Positions 1 to 11,588 of a stretch of 64,000 bases of DNA are shown in pieces. The DNA is taken from contig OZ024747.1 of assembly GCA_964016885.1 (NCBI GenBank), positions 83,824,001-83,888,000 of the forward strand. Reading direction: 5' to 3'. This DNA is from Eledone cirrhosa (lineage: Eukaryota). Positions within the stretch are counted from its first letter, which is position 1; each line of letters begins with the position of its first letter. The notes beneath the pieces are model-generated. The model was not told where the DNA came from, made no database searches, and saw only the letters and a list, made by a program, of their open reading frames with translations. A program made the translations under genes and the position numbers.

Positions 1-179
1 GAATCTTACTTCATTAACAAATACGGACCCCGTCTAAACACTTCTCCCTAAGACGAACCCACAACATACACACGTCAACATACATACCTACATCAGCACA
101 CATCTCTACCCACATATAAACACAATGACATACGTAAACACACATGCTCTATGGTGCAACACAAAAAAATATATGTGCA

Positions 180-255
<76 letters not shown>

Positions 256-604
256 ATATATGTATGTGTATATATATAGTGAATATCATTTCACACCTTT
301 TATTAAGATTTTTGATGTTCTATTAAGAGAACCGATTTTACTGAAAAAATCGAATAATGTATACCATTTTACCAGGGGGAAAAAAATACTGGTCCACCCC
401 CACACACACACACACACACATATATATACACACACACATACACACGCGTACATCAACATACAAAGAGACTTATATATACACACACACACACGCACTTCTC
501 CGTATAAGACAAAAGCTGAAAAATATCTTTTGACATGATAAAATACCCTCATTGCTTTCAGACACATTCTTACTGACCATCCCTGCCACCATGAATTACT
601 CTGC

Positions 605-675
<71 letters not shown>

Positions 676-1015
676 TTGTTGTGAAAGAGTCATTTCTCAA
701 TCTTGGCGCAAAACCAATTTTTTATTCACATGACCTCTACCGACCAATCAAAGAATTTTTGCAAATTGGAGCCACTTTTTTAACATAAAAACAGGTAGAA
801 TACCCAAAACTAACCAGATCAGAGCAAACAGCACGGACACTCTATCTCAAAATTATTTTTGAAAAGCATTTAGAAATGCGCAACCGGTAAAAACTTAAAA
901 ACTTAAAACCACAACTGAATACTAACCCATACAATCACTAATACTCTTTTATTCCTAATTAAACCATTTTTCAACTGTGAACAATTTGTCAGCATTTTCT
1001 ATTCCGTTTACCAAC

Positions 1016-1020
<5 letters not shown>
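1..1020 (+). mobile_element. Penelope-like element 3' end remnant (end of GIY-YIG ORF plus long microsatellite-rich 3' region)
   Basis: Inverted homolog of 22420-23776. First codons read ESYFINKYGPRLNTSP*, matching the ORF end at 23619-23670. Confidence 0.6.
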
Positions 1021-1105
<85 letters not shown>

Positions 1106-1189
1106 GTATATGTCAATATATATATATATATATATATACCGTTTCGACTGCTAGCCCAGAAATAGCCGTCGAAACGGATTGAGCTCTGC

Positions 1190-1390
1190 TTAAAGTTTAA
1201 GCAAAGAATCGCTGCTTTCACCCTTAACGGGAGCTTCTGTTTCAGAAGATCCAGTTAAGAATGAAAGCAGTGATTCTTTGCTTAAACTTTAATTTGTTAT
1301 TTTAATAAATATTTGCTCTAGGGTTCTTATATATTTGATATATATTTATCCTTATCGAGCCCTCTTTGGATTTTAGTTTCACATTTATTA
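1190..1390. repeat. Fold-back palindrome (1190-1292) plus tail; same family as 35085-35305
   Basis: TTAAAGTTTAAGCAAAGAATCGCTGCTTTCA...CTTCTG TTT CAGAAG...TGAAAGCAGTGATTCTTTGCTTAAACTTTAA. The tail at 1295-1380 is the reverse complement of 35085-35175. Confidence 0.8.
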
Positions 1391-1394
1391 TTAT

Positions 1395-1467
1395 TAATAT
1401 ATGTATATATATGTATATATATGTATATATATGTATATATATATATATATATATTTGTGTGTGTGTG

Positions 1468-1530
<63 letters not shown>

Positions 1531-1699
1531 ATATATATATGTATATATACATATATATAAATAAATAGATATATATGTATATATACATATATATAAATAA
1601 ATAGATATTTATGTACAAGGTATAAGAGGGATAGCCCAACATAGTGGAATATAGTACTTCCTGTTGATAGAAATATTTATCTCCTTATCCCTGTCTTTC

Positions 1700-1791
<92 letters not shown>

Positions 1792-1937
1792 CTCTCTCAA
1801 ATAAACAGACGCATGTACTTACCACATGTTCACTACATATATACACACTTACATACATATATATGTACACTTACATACACACATATACCTATCTCTATCT
1901 CTCTCTCTCTCTCTCTTTTTCTCTTTTTCTCTCTTTC

Positions 1938-2023
<86 letters not shown>

Positions 2024-2152
2024 ATATATATATATGTATATATATATACATGTCTGGACATAAGCACGTGTACGATGGGATGTTTAAAATATATGTTTAT
2101 AATTTCGGCTTATGGGTAAAGTGACGTGAGTGCAAATAATGATTAAGAGCAT

Positions 2153-2215
<63 letters not shown>

Positions 2216-2348
2216 TAGACACACACATATACACACACACTCATACACACACACACAAACACATAGAAACGCACACACACACACACATATACATAGACAC
2301 ACACATATACAGACACATACACACACACATACACACACACATACACAC

Positions 2349-2381
<33 letters not shown>

Positions 2382-2697
2382 TAAACACACACACATAAAC
2401 ACATACACACACACATTCCAATATATGCACCACACAAGTCTTAGATATCAACTCGCAGATACACCTATATATACACCTACATATAAACACATACATACAT
2501 ATATCATACGTATGTCTAGACCTCCACATATGCATACACGTACCATCATACATATACACATGCATCACATGCATGTGTATACACTGAGGTAAACACATAT
2601 ACATACATATATACACTCAAGTATATATAAACAAGTATAAATAAACACATAAATATATATATATATGGATATATATATGTATATTTATATGTACGTA

Positions 2698-2739
<42 letters not shown>

Positions 2740-2786
2740 CATGTATACATGTAATTATGTATGCATGTATATATGCATAAATGCAT

Positions 2787-2859
<73 letters not shown>

Positions 2860-3271
2860 CGTGCGTGGGAGGTGTATAAATATGTATATATATGCATGAT
2901 GAGGCATGTGTGGGTGTATATATGCATGTATATACGTATGTATACATGTAATTATGTATGCATGTATATATGCATAAATGCATGGATATATATTATATAT
3001 ATATATATATATAATATATATACATGCATACATAATTACATGTATACATACGTATATACATGCATATATACACCTACACATGCCTCATCATGCATATATA
3101 TACATATTTATACACCTCCCACGCACGTACTGTTGTAAATATATAGACAAGTATACATAAACACCTACAAAGGCATAAAAACACATAGTAATGCCCCCTC
3201 TACACACACACACACACACGCTAATAGAGATACATATACTCATATACAAGCACACATACACACTGGCTATC

Positions 3272-3311
<40 letters not shown>

Positions 3312-3425
3312 GCGAACGCCATCACAAACACACACGCGTATTGTTTTGCATATACATACAGGTATACAAGCACACACGCATACACAGGCATGAACACACA
3401 CGCACATACACACACACATACACTC
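1395..3425. repeat. Compound (TA)n/(CA)n/(CT)n microsatellite field with an internal inverted repeat (2858-2970 / 3018-3129)
   Basis: Direct reading of the dinucleotide arrays; ACGTGCGTGGGAGGTG... pairs with ...CACCTCCCACGCACGT. Confidence 0.9.
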
Positions 3426-3500
3426 GTTTCCGCTCAACAAAATAGTTTTGTATATATATGAAGCAACCCCAAAGTTTACAAGCTATCCACAGACAGATAA

Positions 3501-4463
3501 CTTTCTTTTTATTTGCCACCAGGGCATCAAAGAGTGGGACAAGTACAATGGGGGGAGTTTACATGAAAAGGTGTCCTCAATAAGGAGGAGGCAATAACAA
3601 AATATAAAAATATAAAAATATAAAATATAACAAAAATAAATTGAATACCAAAATCCTCAATAGGGAGGAGGCGTCTTGGGGGGTTGCACACACCCCTGAA
3701 AAAAGTGTGCAACCCTTCTCCTCAGGAGCACAGAGAGAGGGTGCTCCCATGATCTTTCATCTTTCTCACCTACAGTCTGATGTAGAGTGAAGGCCCATTC
3801 ACACAGGCCATTCTCCCCACTTTCACCCACCTTTCATAGAAACGGCTGGGGTGCAGCACCTCTCTCTCCATCCTGATCCTTCTTCCGAAATGATATCGGA
3901 AGAAACGGACCAGTTGTTGGCCAGAGAGAAAGGTGCCTGACCTCAGTCCTTTCAGACACGTCCACCATACAACCTCTTTCGCCATGGCTATTACGCACAG
4001 AAACACCGCCTCTCCTTCGTTTTTGAAGAGGGGAGGCGGCTTGATCGTTACAATAGACTCGGTGGTCAACCGGATCGGTCCCACCCTTGACAGCAGTTGT
4101 TCGACATAGCCCCACAGATCGGCAATGCCCGAGCAGTGTACTAATGCGTGTGCAACGGTTTTCTCGTCGCACACGCATCTGGGACAGATCTTTTTCGAGG
4201 GGTCCCTACCCGGGCGCCCGTGTCTGTAGAGCCTTTCTCGAACGGGCAGAGCCCCTCGGTAGCACTGCCAGGCCAGGGACCTCTGGAAGTTATCCATGGG
4301 TCCTGGGCTGAATGTCCTACCGAACAGGTTGGCCAGTTCGTCTTCCTCCATGCCTAGGGCTTCTCCGAGGGCGTCGTCGCACCTGCTAACCACCAGCCCT
4401 CTATAGAATGACGAGGTGGATTCTCTACTGACAGCCGGGTCCGCCTGCCAGAGAGCCGTGAGC
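3501..4463 (-). mobile_element. Tx1/L1-clade LINE copy A, 5'-truncated (ORF2 C-terminus 3770-4463 plus 3'UTR)
   Basis: ORF 3770..4393 is clearly homologous to the C-terminus of both full ORF2s (SLAWQCYRGALPVRERLYRHG, CPRC..H..C). The 3'UTR ends AATAAA-AAGAAA. Confidence 0.92.
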
Positions 4464-4482
4464 CAGGCAGATAGATAGATAC

Positions 4483-4691
4483 ATTTCTTTATTAGCTACA
4501 AGGGCACAAAAGAAGGGGACAAAAACAAATGAAGAGTTTACATACAGGTATATGAAAATAAAACTATCAATAAAACAACAAATAACAATTGAAATCCCCA
4601 ATAGGGGGGAGGTGTTACACAGGTGTTGTACACACCCCGAAAAAATGTACAACCCTCATCTCCAGGAGCACCAAGAGTGAGTATTCCCTTC
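4483..4691 (-). mobile_element. Tx1-like copy B (3'UTR only)
   Basis: Matches the 3'UTR of full-length copy E (AGGGCACAAAAGAAGGGGACAAA; CCCCGAAAAAATGT.CAACCCTCATCTCCAGGAG); flanked by GATA tracts. Confidence 0.85.
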
Positions 4692-4727
4692 ATAGATAAA
4701 TATATAGTTAGGCAGGTAGATAGATGT

Positions 4728-5057
4728 ATTTCTTTATTTACCACACGGGCGTACAAAAATGGGACATTACAAGACGTCACGGCGGGTTTTTTTTACATAA
4801 AATCGTTAACTATAATAATGGATAACAATAGAATATATATAAAATAAAACAATTGAAATCCCCAATGGGGGGGGGGGGGGGGCGTTACTGCGGGGTTGTT
4901 TTACACCCCGTGGACAGAACAACCCTCAACACAAGGAACACGTTTTGTAGGTGTTCCCGTCTTCCCTCTGTTTGTCTTCTTCAACCTACAGGTTTATATA
5001 CAGAGAAGGCCCATTCACTCGGGCCATTTTCGCCACATTCATCCACCTTTCAGCGAA
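4728..5057 (-). mobile_element. Tx1-like copy C (3'UTR plus last ~25 codons of ORF2)
   Basis: Encodes ..RWMNVAKMARVNGPSLYINL*; same 3'UTR motifs; GATA flanks. Confidence 0.85.
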
Positions 5058-5074
5058 GATAGATAGATAGATAT

Positions 5075-5426
5075 ATTTCTTTATTTGCCACAAGGACGCA
5101 CTAGAAAAGGGAACAATACAAATACATATGTCGGGGATTTTGCATACAATCGTGTAAAAATATTTTTAAAACAAATAAATTCAAAAATCGAAATCCCCAA
5201 TAGGGGGGGAGGCGTTACAAATGGGTTCTTTAATACCCCGTAGATAGAACAACCCTCAACCCCAGGAGCATGTTGTGCAAGTGCTCCTTTCTTCCTTTTG
5301 CTCTCTTCTTCAACCTACAGGTTTATATACAGAGAAGGCCCAATCACTCGGGCCATTTTTGCTACATTCACCCACCTTTCAGTAAATTTACTGGGGTGCA
5401 GTGCCTCTCTCTCCACTCTGATTCTT
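5075..5426 (-). mobile_element. Tx1-like copy D (3'UTR plus last ~35 codons of ORF2)
   Basis: RIRVEREALHPSKFTERWVNVAKMARVIGPSLYINL*; closely similar to copy G. Confidence 0.88.
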
Positions 5427-5440
5427 AGGTAGGTAGGTAT

Positions 5441-5485
<45 letters not shown>
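5427..5485. repeat. (GGTA)n/(GATA)n microsatellite spacer between elements
   Basis: Direct reading; similar tracts at 4464-4482, 4692-4727, 5058-5074, 11328-11378, 17191-17260 and 17589-17601. Confidence 0.95.
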
Positions 5486-5486
<1 letters not shown>

Positions 5487-5721
5487 TTCTTTATTAGCCA
5501 CAGGGGCACAAAAGAAGGGGACAAATACAAAGGGGGAAGTTTACATACAATAAAAACGTGTAAAATGTTATCACAGATGGAATTTAAAAGTTAGTCGATT
5601 TTCCCCAATAGAGGGAGACAGTTTATATGGGTAACACATACCCCCGAAAAAATGTGCAACCCTCATCTCCAGGAGTACGAAGAGCTTGTACTCCTTTCCT
5701 CTCCTCCTCCTTTTCCTCAAT

Positions 5722-8700
5722 CTACAGGCTGATATAGAGAGAAGGCCCATTCACTCGGGCCATTCTCGCCACTTTCACCCACCTTTCATAAAACTTGCTG
5801 CGGTACAGCACCTCTCTCTCCATCCTGATTCTTCTTCCAAAGTGGTATTTGAAAAAAAGAATCAGTTGTTGGCCGGAGAGAAAGGCGTCTGACCTCAGCC
5901 CTTTCAACCTTGTCCACCATACAACCTCTTTCGCCATAGCTATCACAGAAAGGAAAACCGCCTCTCCTTCGTTTTTGAAGGAGGGTGGCGGTTTGATCAT
6001 GACAATGGACTCGGTGGTCAACTGGATTGGTCCCACCCGCGACAATAGTCGTTCTACATATCCCCACAGGTCAGTGACGCCCGGGCAGTGTATGAATGCG
6101 TGCGCGACGGTTTCTTCGTCTCGCACGCACCTCGGACAGATCTTTTTTGCAGGGTCCCTGCCCGGGCGCCCATGTCTGTAGAGCTTGTCTCGAACTGGTA
6201 GAGCTCCTCGGTAGCACTGCCAGGCCAGGGACTTTTGGAAGTTGTCCATCGGTCCCGGGCGGAAGGTCCTACCGAACAGACTGGCCAGTTCATCTTCCTC
6301 CACGCCTAGAGTTTCACCGAGCGCGTCGTCGCACTTGCTGCGGACCAACCCTCTATAGAATGACGAAGTGGAGTCTCCACTGATCGCCGGGTCCGCCTGC
6401 CAGAGGGCTGTGAGCGCCTGAGCACATTCGATGTGCCAGTCGCCCATTTTCCTCGGTCTCTGCTTGACCCAGGACTGCAGCTCGGTCAGTGAGACGAGTC
6501 GTGGGAAGGCTCGCCTCACGAACGGGGCCCACACCGGTTGTCCGGTGAGGAATACGTAGAGATGCCGCAGCCTGAGCGCGTGTTTGCGCATCGTCAACCA
6601 CGGCATCCCCAGCCCTCCGTTAGAAGGGTGTTGGCAGCAGATGGATCTTCTTACCAAAGGAGCCCGCCTCTTCCAAAGGAATCGGAAGAGGGCGCGCTCC
6701 ATTTTGGCGAGCGTTTTGGCTGGACAAGGCACGACGGTCAAGCGGTAGTAGATGGCGGACGCTATAAAAGTGTTCGCCACCTCCGCTCGACCTTTCAAGG
6801 ATAGTTTGCACTCGGCCCACTTCTGGGTGAGTGCAAACACCTTGGCCGTCACTTCGTTCCAGTTCTTCTCCACCTGGAGGTCCGGACCAAACCAGACCCC
6901 GAGCAGCTTTACCGGTCCTTCCGTCCAGCGTCCGACGACGCCATCGGAAGGCATCGGTCTGCATCTCCACGATCCGAGTTGCAAACCGATGGACTTGTCC
7001 CGGTTCAGCTTCGCTCCTGTGAGACTTTCGTATTCCTTTAGTAAGGTGCCGACTTCCTCGATTTGCGAGGCGCTCGACACCATTACTGTCACGTCGTCGG
7101 CGTAGGCCGACGCCGCTTTCCGCAGTCCCGGTTCCAGAGGGATGCCCTGCAATAGCTCCAGCTTCCGCAGTAGTGGCTCGAGAGTCAGTACGTACAGAAG
7201 GGAGGAGAGAGGGAATCCCTGTCGAATGGATCGCGTAATATGGAACGGCTCCGAGAGGTAACCGTTCACCTTGACCCTTGAGCAGATGTTGCTGTTGTGC
7301 ATTGCAGCAATCCAGCCCCTGAACACGGGTCCGAAGCCTGCCGCCTCGAGCACCGCATCCAGGTAACGATGGTCAACCCTATCGAAAGCCTTAGACTGAT
7401 CCAAGTTGATCAGGGCCCCACCGAAGCCGGGTTTACACCCTACCCTCTCTATGATGTATCGCATGAGGTGGAGGTTGTCGTGTATGGACCTGGTCGGGAT
7501 CGCGCATGTCTGCGCTTCTCCCACCAGGTTCTCGACGACAAGCGCCAGCCTCTTTGCCAACACCTTGGCCAAAATCTGTAACTCTGTGTTTAGCAGAGTT
7601 ATGGGCCGGAAGTTGCTTATGTCATCCCCCTTATTCTCGTCCTTCCTGATTAGTGTGACCACGCCCCCGGTTACAGAACTGGGAATTCTCCCGTTCTGTT
7701 GCCAGTTGCAGTAGACCGCTTCCAGGAGACCGGAGAATAAGTCCGGCATTGCTACGTAAAATTCGTAGGGTAGACCGTCGAGACCTGGAGATTTGCGTTT
7801 GCCGCATTGGCTCAGCGCGTCCCCTATCTCAGTGGCTGAAATCGGCTTTTCGCAGAACTTCGCCTCGCTGTCCGAGAGTCGCGGTAGGCCGTCGAGGTAT
7901 GGACCGAAATCCATAGCCTCTCCCGGCGCGCCGCTCCCCCCGAACAGCCGAGCAAAGTGCCGCTGAAAAGCCGCACACATCTGCTTCGGCTCACGTATCA
8001 CGCGTCCGTTTTGGTCCTTCAAAGACCGAATCGTGGACTTGTTGCCACTTTTTGCCTCCGTCACTCGGGCCCAGCTAACAGCTTTGGCTCCCTCGTTTCC
8101 CAGAGCACGTATTTTGCTTCTGACAACGCAGCCCTCGTGCTTTGCGTCGAAGAACTGGTCCAAGGCCGTTCTCGTTGCTAGCACGCTGGCTACGTTGCCA
8201 CTTCTAATAGCCTCTTCTACTTTATCTACCAGTTCCTTCTCGGTTCTATTTCTATCTAACGCTAATTCTTTACTAAAAACTATCGAGTCTAATCTAACTG
8301 CCCTCTTGAGAGAGTACCACCATCTGTTGTTGACAATGGCCCCTGTCAAGTGCTGTTTAACTAAAGTGCTAATCCGTCTACTGTAGGCTTTGCTTGTCGG
8401 TAACGACAAGTTCAGCTTCCAGTAGCCGGGTCCTTGTCTATGGGTTCTATCAAGGTTGGCCATGCAGGTCACTAGTTTGTGATCCGAATAGGCAACCATG
8501 AACATTTGTGGACAGCTTAACATGTCCCTATCCTTATTTCTAACTAGAACCCTATCTAGGTACGATCTAGATGTTCCGCTACGATTACTCCACGTCCACA
8601 GTGGCGCAGTCGGAAAATCTAGTCGATATCTATCGGCCAGGTCAAATCGGTCGATTAACTGTTTGAGGCTGTTACACCCCCCTTTATCGGGACATGCTCC

Positions 8701-9159
8701 CACATAGTCCCAACGTGCATCTAGGATTCCATTCCAGTCCCCCACTAAAAGCAAGGAGCGGGACGTTCCCAGAAAAGTCTCTAGACGTTTGAAGAAGTCT
8801 GGCCGCGGTGTCCCGGATGGGGCATATGCGGCCACCAGCCTGAACGCTCCACCTTCACTACCGTCAACGTCTAGGACCACCAGTCGACCCTCCGGGTCCA
8901 GATCTACCGTCTGTGTTACGAGGCCCAGGTGTTTCCGCAGCAAAACGGCAACTCCGCCCCCACCCCCCGGTTGACAGAGAGATGCGTAGATCTCAAAGTC
9001 ATCGAAGATGGGGGCCAGCTGTCGCTCGCCGTGGATCCTGGACTCGCAAATGGCTACCACATCCAAACTGTGCGACCTGAGGTCGTTTAAGAGTTTGCCC
9101 TGTTTCCAGGGCATCCCCAGGCCGCGTACGTTCACACATCCAACTCTTATATTGGCCAT
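5722..9159 (-). CDS. ORF2p: APE endonuclease + reverse transcriptase + C-terminal CCHC finger (1145 aa)
   Basis: APE motifs NVRGL, CESR, GDWN, YLDR, SDH; RT motifs KSPGLDG, FRPITLLN, LDQSKAFDRVDH, RQGxPLS, YADD, KLLG; finger CPRC-x8-H-x4-C. Confidence 0.96.
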   Translation of the reverse strand: MANIRVGCVNVRGLGMPWKQGKLLNDLRSHSLDVVAICESRIHGERQLAPIFDDFEIYASLCQPGGGGGVAVLLRKHLGLVTQTVDLDPEGRLVVLDVDGSEGGAFRLVAAYAPSGTPRPDFFKRLETFLGTSRSLLLVGDWNGILDARWDYVGACPDKGGCNSLKQLIDRFDLADRYRLDFPTAPLWTWSNRSGTSRSYLDRVLVRNKDRDMLSCPQMFMVAYSDHKLVTCMANLDRTHRQGPGYWKLNLSLPTSKAYSRRISTLVKQHLTGAIVNNRWWYSLKRAVRLDSIVFSKELALDRNRTEKELVDKVEEAIRSGNVASVLATRTALDQFFDAKHEGCVVRSKIRALGNEGAKAVSWARVTEAKSGNKSTIRSLKDQNGRVIREPKQMCAAFQRHFARLFGGSGAPGEAMDFGPYLDGLPRLSDSEAKFCEKPISATEIGDALSQCGKRKSPGLDGLPYEFYVAMPDLFSGLLEAVYCNWQQNGRIPSSVTGGVVTLIRKDENKGDDISNFRPITLLNTELQILAKVLAKRLALVVENLVGEAQTCAIPTRSIHDNLHLMRYIIERVGCKPGFGGALINLDQSKAFDRVDHRYLDAVLEAAGFGPVFRGWIAAMHNSNICSRVKVNGYLSEPFHITRSIRQGFPLSSLLYVLTLEPLLRKLELLQGIPLEPGLRKAASAYADDVTVMVSSASQIEEVGTLLKEYESLTGAKLNRDKSIGLQLGSWRCRPMPSDGVVGRWTEGPVKLLGVWFGPDLQVEKNWNEVTAKVFALTQKWAECKLSLKGRAEVANTFIASAIYYRLTVVPCPAKTLAKMERALFRFLWKRRAPLVRRSICCQHPSNGGLGMPWLTMRKHALRLRHLYVFLTGQPVWAPFVRRAFPRLVSLTELQSWVKQRPRKMGDWHIECAQALTALWQADPAISGDSTSSFYRGLVRSKCDDALGETLGVEEDELASLFGRTFRPGPMDNFQKSLAWQCYRGALPVRDKLYRHGRPGRDPAKKICPRCVRDEETVAHAFIHCPGVTDLWGYVERLLSRVGPIQLTTESIVMIKPPPSFKNEGEAVFLSVIAMAKEVVWWTRLKGLRSDAFLSGQQLILFFKYHFGRRIRMEREVLYRSKFYERWVKVARMARVNGPSLYISL

Positions 9160-9192
9160 GTTGGTGCTGAAAAGTTAAAAGAGGAAAAGAGA

Positions 9193-11109
9193 TCACTCAC
9201 CCTTCGCCTCCTGGGGACCAGGCCGCACGATTTCCATGGGGGTGTTGGAGGGGTTGTCTGGATGGGTGGTGGTTTCCGGCGGGGTGGGGACGCAGATGTT
9301 TGGTGGGGTGGGGTCTGGTGGGATGGGGGTGTCTGGGGTGGGGAGGCATTTGAGAAGGACGCGGTTGAGTGGTTTCACGCAGGAATTCCCCACATCCTTC
9401 TCAAATGTTTCTTTTAGGGACCTATAAGTTTGTATAGGGACCCTAATCAGTTTTAGGTTCATTTTTTGTTATTTTTTATAGAGTGGGCGAAAGTTTTCCC
9501 TTCGGTGAAAGCCGAAGGGTCGTTCGTAATGGTCTCCATTAGTGTTTTGTTTTCAGTGTTTATGTAAGTGTAAGTGTAATTTTCTTGTGTTGTGTTTGTT
9601 TTTGTCTGTAGTTCTTGTGTGTGCTTTCGTTTTGTTGTAGGTATTTTGTTTTCATGAGGTGGGGGTTTTGTTTGTGATATTTTTGTTGTTTGTGTTGGTG
9701 GTTGTATGTTTGTGGTAGTGTTTGCTGGTTTTTTGCTTTTGTGATGTCTTTTCTTTCTTTTCGAGCGATGGGGTTCTCCCTCGTCTTCACTGGGTGATGG
9801 CGAGATAGCCTCATCTGTTGTATCGTCTGTGTGATTGGGGAGGGGTATGTCTTGGGGAGCTGTTGTGTCTGTATGTGATTTTGCAGTGGTTTTAGGTGGA
9901 GTGAGGTTGGGTGGGACTGTGTTTGTTGTGGTTATTTTTGTGTGTTGGTGTTGTTGTTGTAGTGGTGGTGTTGGTGGTTGTGTTGTTTTGATGGGTGTTG
10001 GCAGAAGAGCCTTTTTTTGGTTCATTAGTTTAGGACAGGAAGCCCTCAGGTGACCCCTGCTAAAGCAATGGTAACATGAAGGCCGCCTACCCTCAACCGA
10101 AAGGTTTATGTAGGTAAGTCCGTCCAGGAGTACACGCTGTGGGATCATAGCTATTCGCTCTGGGCTCATTTGCACCAGAACTTCAATGCTAGTCCCATTG
10201 AATACATCTCTGGGGGACTTGCCTACTGACAGTATTCTGTCTTCATCAAAATTGATGAAGCCGCACAGTATCCACCATATGTTCACCTTTGGTGTGACAC
10301 TTGTGATTCTGATCTTTTGTGTCCTTTTTCCCATGTATGTAGGGAAAAAGGTGTACAGGTTGGATACAATTGGCGACACAGAGTAATTTTGGGCCGTCAA
10401 TTGATCCTTCATCAGTACCGAAATACTCCCAAAAAGTTTGCTTCTTTGAATGAATGCAATATCATTCATTGAATCTTTGAAAACCAGTTCAATATCTTTC
10501 TGTGACAATTGGACTGGTTTTCGGGTAGAATTGGAAACTGTCCTAAAAACTATCGTTTTGAGAGCAGTTTCCTTGCGAATTTCTACCGGAGAATTGATGC
10601 TGAAAGCACCATTTTTTTTCGAAGGTGACATATCTCTTAGCGTCCTTTAAAAGGTGTTCAGCATTTGTTATGTCGAGATATATCAATTGTTCTTTCTTTT
10701 GAACTTTCTCCGCAAAGGAGATTTTTGGTTTCTTTGTGGAATCCGTATTGGTGGTGTTGTCATTATTGTTGTTATTCTTGTTTTTATTCTTGTTGTCACC
10801 GATGTTGGTATCATCCGTATTTTCCTTGGTGTTGTTGTTGTCTTTGATGCTGGTGTTATTGGCGTTGTCTTTATTTTTTTCTTTGTTGTTGTTATCATTG
10901 TTGCTTTTATCATCATTATTGGTTTTGCTGTTATTTTTGTTGTCATTGAGCTGTTTGGTGTCATTTGTGTTGTTTGGATGTGAATTCGTTTTTTTATTTT
11001 CATTTTGTCTTTCCATCTCTATAGTATCTAGTGAAGAAGACGTTGTTGACTGCGAGCTTTGTAGTCTTACCGCCTCTCCACCACCATTATCGTTGGACGC
11101 AGCGTTCAT
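9193..11109 (-). CDS. ORF1p (gag-like nucleic-acid-binding protein, ~638 aa reconstructed) with two frameshifts at A-homopolymers (~10612-10619, ~9462-9467)
   Basis: Three track ORFs (10543..11109, 9459..10631, 9193..9462) join colinearly with ORF1 of copy F; KISFA motif; zinc knuckle CYHCFSRGHLRASC. Confidence 0.8.
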
Positions 11110-11334
11110 AACGTAATCAAAATTTTACAATATTTTTTTCCAAGATTCGATGGAGAAAAATTTTTTAAATGGATATTCCGCCCCTGTAGGGGCGAAAATG
11201 AGTTGACCCACCACCTGAAGGTCCAGACGGGTGGTCAAGTTACACAATGATATAAAATTGAACTAAAAACTCACGTTTTTTCCTTACATAAATTAACGGA
11301 AACTTCTCCGCGAAGTGACACACGTCTGATAGAG

Positions 11335-11378
<44 letters not shown>

Positions 11379-11588
11379 TTATTTACCATAAAGGCATAAA
11401 AAGAAGGGACAAATACAAAGGGGGAGTTTACATATAATCGAGTAAAAAGGGTGTAACATGAAAATAATCGAAAATAACCTCAAAAGGGAGGGGACGTGAT
11501 GGGGGTTGCACACACCCCCGAAAAAGTGTGCAATCCTTTGCCCGGGGAGCACATGGAGAAGGTGCTCCCCTCTCCTTTACTTCTTTAC

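Larger units (their letters stand above)
5486..11327 (-). mobile_element. Full-length Tx1/L1-clade non-LTR retrotransposon copy E (~5.84 kb)
   Basis: 5'UTR, ORF1 (zinc knuckle), 33-nt spacer, intact ORF2, and 3'UTR ending AATAAAGAAA-(TCTA)n. Confidence 0.95.

Noticed and set aside
9167-9200. 34-nt GT-AG intron fusing ORF1 to ORF2 in copy E
   Set aside because: Too short, would put ORF2 out of frame, and copy F has no AG acceptor in its spacer
10543-10631. Programmed ribosomal frameshift in ORF1
   Set aside because: The homologous site is in frame in copy F; break positions differ between copies and sit in homopolymers
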